DNA of 64,000 nt from Leucoraja ocellata (lineage: Eukaryota). Below are positions 24,201-39,200 of the stretch, piece after piece. The translations under genes were made by a program, and so were the position numbers. The notes beneath the pieces were generated by a model. The model had not been told where the DNA came from. It saw only the letters and a list, made by a program, of their open reading frames with translations, and searched no databases. Within the stretch, counting starts at the first letter, position 1. Each line of letters begins with the position of its first letter. The stretch is from contig JAWMAR010000136.1 of assembly GCA_036785375.1 (NCBI GenBank), forward strand, positions 372,001-436,000. The letters are read 5' to 3'.

Positions 24201-27200
24201 GTCATAGCCCCTGCTATTTCTACACTAACTTCCCTCAATGTCCTAGGGAATATCCTGTCAGGACCTGGAGACTTATCCACTTTTATATTTTTCAAAAGTG
24301 TCAGTACTTCTTTTTCTTTGAATCTCATAGTTTCAATAGCTACTCTACGTGTTTCCCTTACCTTACAGAATTCAATATCCTTCTCCTTGGTGAATACCGA
24401 AGAAAATAAATTGTTCAATATCTCCCCCGTCTCTTTTGGCTCTGCAGATAGCTGTCCACTCTGTCTCTCTAATGGACCAATTTTATCCCTCGTTATCCTT
24501 TTGCTATTAATATCATTGTAGAAACCCTTTGGATTTACTTTCACCTTACTTGCCAAAGCAGCCTCATATCTTATTTTAGCTTTTCTAATTTCTTTCTTAA
24601 GATTATTTTTACATTCTTTATACTCCTCAAGCACCTCATTTACTCCATGCTGCTTATAATTATTGTAGATCTCTCTTTTTCTGAACCAAGTGTCCAATTT
24701 CCCTTGAAAACCATGGCTCTTTCCAATTTTTACTATTTCCTTTCAACTGAACAGGGACATAATTAAGTATGAAAGGCAAAAAACCCTCCATTGCGGTCAC
24801 GCCTGTTTTAAAGTGGTGTGGTAGGTGCTTTGTGCAGAAGGCAGAATAGAGAATCTTGAAATAAATGCCATTCATTTTACATGATTCACTTGGGAATTAG
24901 ACAGAGGTTTATATTTAGCACGAACATGGGTCTAATTAATGAACCAGTCAAGCTCCTGCAGCTATCCTGCATATATTCAGGTCAGGCAGCATTTGTGGGG
25001 AAAACCTTAACATGCAGAGCAAGGATGAAAGGGTGGAGGATGAAACAGAAGGTCTGATCTAAGGCAGAAGGGATTGAATGACAAATGTAATGTTAATGAA
25101 AAGAGAAGGAGAGCAATAGAGGGACAGGACATCTGAGGAAATGTAGATAAGAGAAGCAGAATTATTATTGGAAATGAAAAAGGGGTTATCAGACATTTAT
25201 AATTGAATTGTTAATGCTGATTATCAGACATTGTTAATTTCAATTACTGACTTTGGAAAGTTGTGGAGTGCTGAATGAGAAGATGTGTTGCTGTGAACGT
25301 ACTTCAAGCTGCAGTGGAATAGAGTCAGAGGCCAGGCAGAGAGAAGCCAGGATTACAGGCGGAATTAAAGTGACAGGTGATTGGAACATTGGAGTCTTGA
25401 CAAACAAATTGAATGGTCAATGAATGATAATTATAAAGTAACCCAATGAGTATCAGTTGCAAGAAATTTCTTTCTGAAGAGCTGTAACTAACATTCCCAG
25501 TTCTACATCCAGCTTTCCCCCAGGTTCGCCACAAGCTGGAGTGCAGTTATGGTGCTCAGGGAGAACACATCTTCTCGATGATGCCAATCGTGCCTCATTG
25601 GTGCCACAGCGATCATCCACCTGTGGAGAGACAGTGTACAATGCAGGTCACAAACAGAAAAGAAAAACAACGTGCAGAACCACAAAAAAATGAAAGAGAA
25701 CCAAGACAAGGAAATGGTCGATCATCTCCACTCAAACATTAATTCCTTGTAGCATCTGCCTCGATCAGCATTTATATCAACAGATTTGCTGTTGCTCTCA
25801 TTTCAATAGGCTCAGGAATGAATGATACACTGTATAAGAAAGTACAAATCTGAGAATAAGTAACTCCAAACCTATGTAAAAGTATAATGATACCATATTT
25901 TGTTTAAGTAGTTGGTTTATGGATTTTTGAGTCTCTAGTTTTGCCCTTGTTATTCCAGACCATTTTTTCCTTTTCAGTGAACCTTACAACAGCATTAAAA
26001 ACATGTATCAGATACTTCAATGAACTGGAAAATATTTTTGGATATAGACACAAAATGCTCGAGTAACTCAGCGGGTCAGGCAGCATCTCTGGAGAAAAGG
26101 AAATCCGGGTCAAGACCATTCTTCAGATTGAGAGTCAGGGGAGAGGGAAACTAGACGTATGGAAAGGTACAAAACAAATCAGAGCTGGCAACGATGGGTA
26201 AGGAGCCCACTATGGTCCATTGTTGGCTGTGGAGGAGGTGATAATGAAGGATCTGAATTGTGAAATTAGTCTGAAGAAGGGTCTCAACCTGAAACGTCAC
26301 CCATTCCTTCGCTCCATAGATGCTGCCTCACCTGCTGAGTTTCTCCAGCATTTTTGTCTACCTTTGATTGGTCCAGCATCGGCAGTTCCTTCTTAAACAG
26401 TGAAATTAGCAGGTTGACTAGGTGGGGGAGAGATGGAGAAAGAGGGAATGGAAGGGTTACTTGAAATTGGATAAATCAATATGTATACCGCTGGGTTGTA
26501 AGCTGTCCAAGCGGAATATGAGGTGCTGTTCCTCCAAGTGAAAGCGGGGAACTAAATCAGTAGATGATGTGAGACTTTAAATTTTAGCTCTTGATCTGAT
26601 GGCTACATTTGCAATACTGAGCATAACTGGCTGACTCAAAATTTAAATCGTATATCTTCAACAATAAAATTATCAGGACTTGTTGGTATCGTCCCTAAGA
26701 ACTTCCTCTTACCTCAGGGTGACAGTCCATGTCACTGTTGCTATCTGAGTTTTTCTGATCTGCCTCATTGTAGTAAACATAGCCAGTCTTACAAATACAT
26801 GACCCATCTGATTCCTGAAAAGCCCGATTCAAACCATGGCACGTGCATGTTGTGGAGCCTGAATGATGCAAGGATTGTTAAAGAGTGACATGAATATTGC
26901 CAACGTTCCAAAAGGCTTTCACAGCATCTGTACGTTTGTCTTTATTACCACCAAACTTATTGTCACAAGTTTCAGCACTATTTCTCCAAAGCATTGTGTT
27001 GGTCTTATAAAGAAAACAATGAAATAAACCCGGATTCCTTACAGGTGGCAACGTCACCAAGGACACCATGTCCACCAGCCAGATCTAAATATACTGAGTA
27101 ACTTTTTAATTTGTAAAAATGTACTTTAATTTTTATTAATTACTTCATTGCTTCCTTCTTAGTCAACAGCAGTCGCTGATACAGGTTGGAGTGCAAGTTA

Positions 27201-30200
27201 AGACTGTTCTTTCCATCTAATTTTTAGAGCAGTGTTACACTTGCCTTCATATTATTGGACCTCTTTCATTTCATTGGCCCCACTCATTGCTCACCTTGTC
27301 CCGAGTAAGAAGTACTTCCACATGGGAAACAAGCTGCTTGTGCAGGCAAGTGGTTGAATGTGTTATTAGGGCATGGGTGACATTCACGGAGATGCTTAGA
27401 ATGGCTGGTGTTCCCGTATGTCCCTGGGGGACAAGGCTTTGGCAAGGTGGTGCTTTCAGCACAATAGTAGCCTGCTGGACAGGGGTGTGACAAGTAGCTT
27501 GCAGAACCTGTGAGGAATTACATGGGGTGAAAAAATGATGAAAGAAAATTAGAGATGTGTATCATGGAGCTGTTCTTGACAGTTGAACTTCAAGCATATG
27601 GTGTTGACTATGTATAATACATCTTTTTTTGATATAACTTAATGATTTTTAATTATCATTTCATGAAACTCGGGCAGAGGTTGATCTATTGTGTATCAAT
27701 TGAACAAAATCACAGATACAGTGGGTCAGATCATACTTGACCACAACTGCATTCTGCACACACCACCCAACATGTCATCCCTCCTCCACTCCCCCTCCCA
27801 ATCCCTTATCTCAGGATGTTTTTTCCCTCTATCCGCTGATTCAGATGTAAGCAGAGCAGGAGCTCAGATGAGATAACATCTGACCTCAAGCAGGTCCTTA
27901 CTTATGCACTTGAATATGTATAAATTGTCAGCACAAAATGAAATTAGGATAATTTCTAATCTTGCATTCATTGCTGGCAGAGAGTAAATACATATTTTTT
28001 TGTGCTCTTGGCATGTTGTGCTCGGAATGCAGATATCTGAAATTCGTAAGTTTATTTTTGTGCTGTAACTCAAAGTACATAAAAATACCCCAGGGTGCAG
28101 CAAAGAGACAAGCTATTGGGTTTAAACAGTCCATATTATTATTATTATTATTATTTCACCACCAGAGCAAATGGTTGAACTCACCAAAGTGCTTGGATAA
28201 ACACTCCTCAAATACCTGCTCACAGCAATTCATCCCATCGCATGAGTCAACAAGAGAACTATTTTTAATGGCCAGTATCAAACAAGGTGGTGTTATTGCC
28301 CATATTATTTCTCTCAATATGCCTCACCTCCAGTGGGAGCAGACCTAATCTGCGGAACTAATGGAACGCTACTCAAACTATGGCAACTACACTTCAAAAA
28401 CCAAACCTCAACCTCAGCTGCAGTATGGAGAAGATGCTAATGTTTGCATATGCTCGAGGCTGACACCAAGTCATCACCAATTCTACTGAAGTAGAGAAGC
28501 GGTTACCCTTGCACTTGACATGTGCAACCATTCAACCCCTGTTGAACCCGTGTGCTCTCCAACATGGATTATTTATCATATTTTGGGAGTTAATTGGCAA
28601 GGCAACCATCGGTGATGCAATTTACCACTACCTTCAATGCATTCATTCTGATTTTGGTTAAATGAACTGACGGATATTTGGAAACCAGGACTTCTGAGAG
28701 ATAGCTCAGAACTCATGTTCTATTGGGCACTTATTTTCCCTGCCCTCTATAGTCTTTTGAGACCTGGACTACTAACAGCAGGCAGCTCAGGGTACTGGAA
28801 AATTACCATGACTTATGAACTTATGGAAACATGGCAGATATGGTCAGATTGCAGATGAATAGTCATTAACCTAGACTGGGGTGATGGACCTCAGGTTTAA
28901 TGGTTTAATCTTTGTTAAAGGAAAGGAACAAATTACTTGTGTTGAAAAAAAAAATCCTCTCGAACTGAATCCAACACATATTGAATAAATTAACTAAGGT
29001 GATCCTGGTCTGACGTACCCTTTGGACAATGGAAACCTGCTGGACACGGTCTGCAGTAGAGTTCGGCCGCGGAGTCACCTCGATAAGTTCCAGCATCACA
29101 GAGCAGACAGGCTTTCACCAGATGATCCCTCAACCCTGTCACGTTGACTGGCATGTACCCTCCATAACAGGGCAGCATAGAAGAACTATTAGCAGGACAG
29201 AAATACGGGAACACGCACCTACAACAAGAAAGTGGTTGAACCATGACAAAGTTGACAGGTTTTAAATTGTTCTTATTGTCATAGAAACGGCCTCTTTGAA
29301 AATCCTGCTGCATTCGAGACTCTCATTAAAGTAATCTAAAGTTCAGCAAGGTTAGAAGTTTCTATCACATCATTATGCTTGCTGTGACAGAATTAATTAT
29401 TCATTACTGTGAGTGAGTGGCAACCTGTGGGATATTATCACAGACCACAAGCATCTCAAATTGTTGAAGGGCTTCTTTTTAACCTCATTAACAATGTATT
29501 TTAGCGAATGGAAGCGAAAATGGAGGGGGTCAAGTAGGTTTGGTATCCTCTGTAGCAGCTCAATATTCTCACACTTCCAGCATAACTAATGTCTAAGAAG
29601 GAACGATAAATGTGCTGCCAAAGCTTTGCCTATACTGACAGTTTGCCCTTTAAAGAGTTGATTCTGAGTCATGTGTTTAGATATTACAAGTCACAATGCA
29701 CTTTTCTCATCCGTCTCTAAACATGTAGAATGAATATAATTGCAGAAATCAGAAATCACTTGTATTCTGACAAAAAAAACACCCCACTGTGCCAGAACAA
29801 CTTCTGTGTTTTTTTAAAAATCCTGAAACACGAAATCACTCACGGTTTGTCAAAAATTGCTGCTGATTAACACAGTATTGACAAGCCTGAAAGAAACTCT
29901 GGGATGTACATCATCAGTTCATAGAGATGCACAAGAAACTGCAGTTCCTCAGATCTTGAGGAAAAAAAAAACTCCAATATGATTGAAGTACTCAGCACAT
30001 TCGGCAGCATCTGCGGAGGCAACTGTGTCTCTTTCAGTAAACCAGGATCTGCAGTTGGTGTCCACACCAAAGCATGTGTATATAATATGTATATGCCTTT
30101 TTGACAGTTCCTCAAATCAACAACTGCCAACTCACACCTCATACATTTATTTTTTATTTGTTTTAGATACAAGGCCCTAGAATAAACAATATCACTTTCA

Positions 30201-33200
30201 ATGCAAAATCCTATCATATTATGGTTATTTTTTCCTAAAAGCAACCTTAGAACATGATTATTAATAACGTGTATACACAATGCAGTTCTAAAATAGCCTT
30301 TTCCATATTTGACATCTCAACTTATTGACAAGTAAAACCATCTTGAATACGGTCCAATAATTCACCCTTCACTTTGTTACTACTAATTTGACTAGTTGAA
30401 TCATTGTGTACATTAAACTCTCATGAATATTGTATTAGATGCATCTCTAATTTCTTGATTTATGTTGTGACCAATAATGAAATATAAAATGGCTTCAAGC
30501 AGACATTCAAGTAGAGCAATTGGGCGAGAGCATAGCAGAAGAAAGATGGGAAGTATTCTTTTTAAAAAGGTGACATATTAAGGACATTGGTGTATTTTTT
30601 TTTGTTTCGTTAAGTTTTGAGATATAATGCAGAAATAGATCCTTTGGCCCACCAAATCCATACCAACCAATAATCCCTGCACGTTAATACCATCCTACAC
30701 ACACCAGGGACAATTTACGCATATACCAAGCCAATTTACCTACATACGTGTACGTCTTTGGAGCGTGGGAGAAAACCCATGCGGGTCACGGGGAGAATAT
30801 ACAAATTCCGTACAGACAGCGGCCATGGTCGGGATCGAACCTGGGTCGCCGGTGCTGCAAGCGCTTGTAAGGTAGCAACTGGGCTTCCAGAACTAATCAG
30901 ATTGTGGATTTGTGAAGATAACAATATAGATATTGTGAAATAAATGGGATCTGGTGCAGAAGCATTGACACAAGATATTTCAGGAACTGTGAATTATATA
31001 GAGAAGGAAAGATAAACTGGATTAAGAGAGGAAAAAAAAAGAATTAAAAAATAAACAAACCAGGCATGTTTAGAAAAAATATTTTTTAGTACTGTAAATA
31101 TTAATCGGCAATAATTAATAAGTATATAGTGAAAACGTGCTCTAAGGTAGAAATGGGCAAAGTAATCTCTTTATGGTGAAATATACTGTGCAAATGCAAG
31201 AACATCATGCCAATGCATTTCAATGCTGAGGCAAAGAGTGAGATGTTACTTTTGTAATGTACAGATTGGAATGAAAGGAGTTAGAATGCAAATCCTGTTC
31301 ATATGACAAATCACAAATTTGGGGTTAGGCACTACTGCTGTGTGAATGATGATGTATAATGGTCCAAGTACCGTTATTCCCCTTTATAGTTTGACAAGCA
31401 ATTCTGATTAATGTAATTGTAACCAGTGATTGGCACTTACATTTGCTCTGGAGTATTGTATGTGTGGGATCCAAGTGGACAGGTATAACCGCCGGGACAA
31501 GTCGATGCAACCCCCGTCATGGTACTGCAGTACGAGCCTGGTCTGCACAAAACCTCACTTACTGAACCTAGCAATGGGAAACCACAGTAGTCACTGTTAC
31601 CATCTGATATTTGGCTCCAGCTCAAAAAGATTTAAATGAAACTAACTAGCACCAAACGACCCCCCTGTTATGTCTCTTCGGGTATTGGAAATTCGTCCTT
31701 ACAGAATTCACGAATCACTATCCAAAAATTTGAGATGAGAATAAAATTCAGAATTTGTGAGAAAAATATTCATTATCTTAAACTCACACTTCATGATGCG
31801 TACATCGATGATGTGGCTTCCTGTGATGGAACATTGGAATATGGACCGTTTTCTAGGAACGGACATCCCCAATAACACGGGAGTCACCTGTTCTTATATT
31901 GTGCCATTATGATGTTTAAACATCTCAAAACAATATTTTTTGTGCAACCATTTGTAATCTCAGGAAAAGGACAGCTAATTTTTCACACAGCAAGGTCCCA
32001 CCAACAACAATGAGCTAACTATCAATCTGTTTCAGTGATATTAGCAGAGGGTTATATTTTTTTGCTCAGACACTTTGTGAGATGGGATCTTTTATTCATA
32101 TACAAGAGGGTTACAGTCACATTTATGGTTTACCTTTGCATTTACATTTTGGGACTTGTTCTTTATGCTTCACCAGTCAACTGCCACATCCAACGAGCAG
32201 TTGATTGCATGAGTCTATGAGTCTATACTCTGTGAGGCAGCATCCTAAAAACCAGAGCCCCTTTATCAGCTGATACCAAGTACACCATAACTTCCATTTT
32301 CAATTTTTACTTTAATCTCACCTTCAGGGCACTCGTATCCAGCTCGACAAGGCACTCCGTTGATGTTTGGTTCACCAGTTAGTCCTGGATCAGGGCAGTA
32401 GTAACCAGGTGGACATGATAGACAGTCTTTGTAAAAGGCAGCACCGGTCTTGTTTCCCACTGTTCCACCAGGACAGGGGATGGGACTACCTTTCCCAGGA
32501 CACCAATACCCCAGTGGGCACTTGTAATTTTCATAGGCTGTTATTCCTGATAGTAAACACATTAATTAGTGCAATATACTATAATTTTGGAACATACAGC
32601 AAAAGTCCATAAATCCACTACCTGACTATCAGAAATCCTGATGGTTTGGCATTTAGTTCACCAGGTGATGATTATTACACATCCTTCCCACTCAATGGAA
32701 TCCTGATACTCATGCTACGCATTGTGGCTCTGGTTCCCATGCTCACTTTAAAATACTTACTTCACTGAAAAAATATTATAATACTTTTTACTATCTTTAA
32801 ATTCAGTTAATTAAAACTGTTTTAGGGTATTAATCTAAATACCATTCAATATTCTGGAAAATCTACCAGTCTTACACCACAAAGATCTCTCGAATGCTAA
32901 ATTATTATCTGTTCTGGTGCAGGATCTGAATTACTATAGAGCTTCTGATAAAAGTAAATGATATGTTCACAGGAACTCGCACTCTCAGTTTCCATTTATA
33001 GACTCTGTGGTTCATAGATCTATATTCACAGGGGAGCCTAGTTTCCAGTATTCAGACAGTTTAAGAACAAAGTCATGGTGACAAGGCATTGAGAAGTATT
33101 GAATGCATTTCTAAGTTATGTCAACATTTTTAAACTTAAGGTACCATATGTGTACCTTTCCTTTTAAATTTCAAACTGCAAATAATTAACTTTTATTTAT

Positions 33201-36200
33201 ACCCAAAGAAATGTCCATTTGAATATCATTTATCAGAAATATCATTTTTTTAAGATGCCAGCCTTCAGTAACTGGATTTCTAGTTAATTTAATTTAAAAG
33301 TATTGCTTTTGGTCTAAGCTAGAAATACCTGCGTTGTTGCAGAAGTATCCTGGAGGGCAGGTCTGGCAAGCTGCCCGACTGGCTGCTCCACTGACATTGG
33401 AATAGGAGTGGACTGGGCACTTCTGGGGCCCACCAGGAAAATGATGCAAGGCCTGGATCTCTCCATCACAGAAATATCCACCAGGACAGCGATAAAGAAC
33501 GGGATCGCCTGAGTGCAGAGCATACATTTACTGTAACACTCTACAGAAGAGACTTGAAACATTGTGTTTAAGAAGGAACTGCAGATGCTGGAAATCTAAG
33601 GAAGACAAAAATGCTGGAGAAACTCAACGGGTGAGGCAGCATCTATGGAGCGAAGGAAATAGGCAACGTTTTGGGCCGAAACCCTTCTTCGGACTTGAAA
33701 CATTTACTGGCAAATCATCAACTAATGTTAGTAAAGCAAATTGTCATGTTTGCAGGTGCTATTTTAATTCCAAATTCAGTTCTTGAAGAATAGAAGGCAA
33801 AATATTTTTACCGCATGTTGCTTTCTAGTAAGTTAAGGTAAATCCCAAAAATCTATTTTGAGTGTTAACTTGTTTGATACCATGAGCAAACCACAAAGTG
33901 CTGGAGGAACTCCACGGCCAGGCATCATCTGTGGAGGGAATGGACAGATGAGGTTTTGGGTCAGGATCCTTTTTCAGTCTAAAGAATCGTCCCAACCCAA
34001 AATATCTGTCCATTCCCTCCAAAGATACTGCATGGCCCAGTGAGTTCCTCCAACACTTTGTGTTTTGCTCAAAGCTCCAGCATCTACAGTTTTTGTGTTA
34101 CGTATTTCGTACCTTCTTTGCACCAGTATCCAGGTGGGCATGGCTGGCAGTCCTCTTGCTGTCTGGCACCAGTCAGTAATCTAATTGTATTCGAAGGGCA
34201 GGGTTTGGTTACCTTCGTCCCCTCAGGACAATAGAAACCTGAAGGATTCCAGGGAGATTACATTCACTTTGGAATGGAAACAACTCACAAATAATTAATT
34301 TAACAAGAATTTTTCTTCAAAACTACTTTGTGTTTCTCCCATTTCCTGGTTGTAACTTTACGAGAACATCTGTAAAAATAGCAGGAAATCATTCCAAAGC
34401 TATCTATGGATTTTGCGGTTCTTCCATTAAATTTATTATTTATTAAACTTTATTTCGGACTCAAGGTCCAGACAAGGGGCAACATTACATAAAATGCATT
34501 GCATATTAAAAAATATCATGAAGTGCATATCATTAAAGCTACATTGGATGACCAAGAGAGAACTTAATTTTTCAGTTATTTTTAAAATAGAATGCACAAT
34601 TCACGTTGATAAACAACATGGATTGTTGGAATGTTTAAGTCATAGCTTTGGTCATTTAAGTGTAGTGTTTCCCCCATGATGCCAAAATGAATGGATAAGA
34701 ATTGCTGATGTTATTGTATGATATATTTTGTTAAAAAATAGCTGATTTGACCAATTATCAATCACTTATTCTGGCATCATGCTCCCACGTTCTTTCATTA
34801 ATTTCTCTGCTGAGGGAATTGGTGAGAATGTGAGGAGAATAAAAAATAGAATTAATATAGAAACGCAAATAGATTGTTGATGACTGGCGTAAATGTGGTG
34901 GGTTTTAGGCTCTATTTCTGTGCTGTAATTTTCTATGACTCTCTGATTTCTACTGAACATTATAATACTTTTCTAAATGGTTCATTCTCAGTGAATGTCA
35001 CCTTAATCATTCCTGACAGCAAACATCCTCTGGCTCCACACTACAACAACATTTCTAAGGTGGACTGTAACAATTTAATAGTTGTGTCTGGACAGGAACC
35101 AAGCTGCTTAATAATATATCTCGCATTGACAATATCAAGTTACAGATGTCTTAAAAGTCTGATATTGATTCATAGAATCATAGAACACTTTATGAGAGTA
35201 TAAAATAATTCTAAATGGCTCTGGAATTGATTTCACTTTGTCTTATTAAGTCAAACTTTATTCCAGTATACTAATCTGACAGCTAGAAGCCAACAGAGAC
35301 AATACCCTAGCAGTAAACTCACTTCTATGAAGTTTGTCATCATCTTTGCCTGTGTACCCAGACAACAGTAGGTCTGGCCCTCTCTCATTCTCCAGTTGAT
35401 ATATTTTCAGCAGACCCATTAGAATATGATACCTTATTGTCAATTTACATAATACTTAGAAGGAAGCCATTTAATCAATACCAGCTCACAGAGGAAACCC
35501 ATTCTCATGCTCCACTGAAAATGGATGAGAAACATTATGGAGTAATGGGCCTGGAATTGAGCCAAAGGGCCATTATTTATACAAATGAAACAGACAATGG
35601 ACATTTGAGATTCCCAGATCTTCCTCATTAAGCGACATTAACTTTCAATTTGCACGGTATTGAGCAAACAATATTTCCCAAGGACTTTTCACGAAGAACG
35701 TGTGAAATGTAGCACAGTCTAGTAACAGAATAGGTAGCAATCGGAAGGAAGAATACCCAGAAGCATGGACAAATTAAACCCATTTGCTTTAAGCATCTAG
35801 CCACAACACACACTGCATGGAGGCAATGATTACATTTGTAAATAAAATCAAATGTTGTTTGATATTATACCTGCAGGACACGGTCCAGCACACACCTGGC
35901 CCCAGATACATGGATTATTGTTAGTTGCGGCATTAGGGAGAACTCCATGAGGGGTAAAATTATAACTGCCAGCAAGACAGAAGTATCCAGCCGCGCACAG
36001 TCCTTGAATTCTTCCTTCACTGCAGAGACATACATTTTGAATTTCTACATGTGCACGTGAAAAATGATTACAATATTCATTTTTTGAAGCAAAAACATTT
36101 CTAAAGGTTATGATAATTTGTGAATATAATAATAGGATAAATAATGAGCAATAATCTATGTCCAAATAATAACCTTCGCACATCTCTGTTAAAGGTCTGC

Positions 36201-39200
36201 AGACTGAAATATTAACTCTATTTCTTTGCCCACAGGTTTGATCATTCCTGTTTAGTACATGCAGCATTTTCTGCTTTCATTTATCTTTAGACTTTATCAT
36301 CAGGAAGAAGATTTTATCGTTTGAAGATTATTGTTCAACACGACCTTCCAATCAATGCAATGGAGATAGGTGAACTTGAGTTTCCCAAGGGATGGCAAGA
36401 TTCAATAATCGGAGAATTAGCACATTAGGAGGGGGAGCTATAATAGATGGAATGGTCTTTATTAAATCTCAACTTTGGTTTTACATTCTCTTCTAGTATG
36501 GACTACAAAATATTATTTAACATGATGGAATTCATGTAAATGTTTTTAGAAAATTTATCAGCAAATACAGAAGAAATTCTCAAAATATTCGAGGGGGTAG
36601 CGTAGTATTTTGTAAAGGACAGTTCTACAATACAGCTTGAGACAATAATATAGAAATCGAATGAACAGAAATTATTTGAAATATGCAATATAAATAAGAT
36701 AGATATGCCTAATAGAATCAAGGTTATTTTATCCCAATGAATGCTTCCTCCAAATAAATAACTGAATACCGAACATAAGAAAACCACTAATGAATGGGTC
36801 TCTCATGTTGTAAGGCAGCAAATCTACCACCTGTGAGTACTCTCCGGTTGCTCTCCCAGTATCGCAGAAACACTTCGTTTGCCTATCACACCCGCTTGGA
36901 TGATCACACAAATCGTTCAGTAGCAACACTTGCCTGTAGCTGGGAGTGTATTCCTATATTGTAGCACAGCTCTGCAAAGATCACATCTGCTCAGCTACAT
37001 GGTGACACCATGAGAACTCGTGATACATCAGTCGGGACTTTCCATGCTGAAACTATTAACATGATGCTATAACTATTCTTTGAACCGTGTAACTATGATT
37101 CTTGTTTTTTTATGTGACTGTGTTTTAGCACAATGGAATGGCATGGAGTACTTTCTACATTACCTTTGCTAAAATTAGTGAATGGACATTTAAAGCTCAA
37201 AATGGACGTGGTCGAATATTCACTGAGAATTTTTGCACCAACCTCCGCTACATGAAGCACTTGACCCTACTCAAAAGTGAAACAATTGTTAAAAAAAAAT
37301 GTTCAACACCAGATGAGGACAGAACCATAATGAAGGTGTGGCTGAACAGGAACAATTAGCCGACCTGCAGTACTTGCCAGTGGGACAAGGCAGGCATTGC
37401 CTTTCCTCCTTCAAGCTCGACATTTCCTCTGGTGTGAATGTTCCACGAGGACAAGGAATAGGAATCTGGGTACCTGTATGAGATTGTTACAAACAGGAAT
37501 ATGTGTTAGCAATCATTTTGAATGGACTAGAGTATAAAAGCAAGGATATAATGCTGTGATTTTATCAGGTGCTGGTCAGGTCACATTTACGATATTGTGA
37601 GCAGTATTGGGCCCTATATCTGAGGAAAGCTGTACTGGCTTGAAGGGTCCAGAGGTGTTTTATGAGAATGATCCCAGTCACAATTGCATTACCGTTTGAG
37701 GAGCGCTTTAAGGCTTTGGGTCTAAGGCACTGATGGCTATGGAGGCCAAGACTATGTATTTTTAAGGCAGAAATTGAAAGGTCCTTGAATAGGAAGGGCA
37801 TCAACGATTACAGGGTAGAAGACAGGAGAAAGGGGTTGAGAGGGAAATATAGATCAGCCATGACCGAATGGTAGAGTAGACTTGATGGGCCAAATGGCTA
37901 ATTCTGCTCCTGGTTCTTATGGTCATATAGTTGTATAGATCAAGTAGTCAATAAACAATGAATGAGACAATCATGTGTTTGGATTTCTTGTGCCATTACA
38001 TCCCTGAAGTAGATGACGAGGGTCAATTATTTCAAAACAATTTATGAGCAACCTGAATAGTAAAATAAATAATAATTGCAAAACAACAAAAATCAAATGC
38101 TGGAAATGTAAAATATAAACTGACATTACTGGAAGCAGGCAGCAAGTCAGGTTGCATCTATGAAAAAAGATGGGAAAGTTTGAAAGACCTTTTGGTTGAG
38201 TGGGGAAGTGAGAAGAATTAATTTCGGTGACTTGTAACTAATATATTTTCTTATAAAGCTCCAGTCAAAGCTTCAGATCACATAGAGAACTGCAGCCAAT
38301 GACGGGTTTGAATTGCAGTTCTAATTCCATCCCCTTCACTCACGCCAAACACAGAAGAGATGGTGCTTTGCAGCAGGTAGACAATGACCAGTTAATAGGT
38401 TTTTCATTTCACTGTGTCTGAGCAACATACAGTACATTAGCAAGGACTAAAAGAACTGGCTACTTTTCTTACAATAATACCATGTGATCTTTTATGTTCA
38501 ACGAAGGGAGCATGTGAGCTATATTACAACACCCGATTCAGAAGACAGTATCTTTGACAATGAAGCACTCTTGTAATCGAGACCAACAGTCCAACAGTTC
38601 TGTAAAGAAAACACTTTAATTTCAGAATAGGACTTGTATCCACTAATAATTAGAGGCACAGTTGCCATCATTAAACATGTACGCCTATCACACCCGCTAG
38701 GATGATCACATGAAGCGACACATGTGCTGCAGCTTTTCTTCAGCAGGTTGGATTATGACACTGGCTAATAGGTGGTTGTATGGGAAGCCACTGGCCTGCT
38801 GCAGTGTTAGCGGCAGCTGAGCTCATGCATTATATGGTGCAAGTAAAAAAAATGCCAAGAGTCAGATGCCAGTACATATGACCTCCTGCTACATTTCTGG
38901 ACTTGGCACTGAGAGCAGGTTACATCTATGGACATCCTGCAGGATGCATGGATCAGGCACAATATCCTGCTTCATAACACCGAGTCTAAACATTGTTCAA
39001 TTGAGTATAGAAAGTTGGGCGACGTACCTCATAGCTTCAGAAGCCTGGATTCAGTCCAGGTCTCTGTAGCTGTCTGTGTGGAGTTTGCATGTGGTCCTTG
39101 TCCTGAATTCTCCAGATTTCTCTCATACCCTAAGTATCTGACTGAGTGGTAGCATCTGAGGGAAGTTGAATAAAATATGGGGAGGATAGGTCATAGGCAA

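Noticed and set aside
22819-24697. Functional reverse transcriptase gene
   Set aside because: Split by stops and frameshifts and 5'-truncated; a dead CR1 copy.
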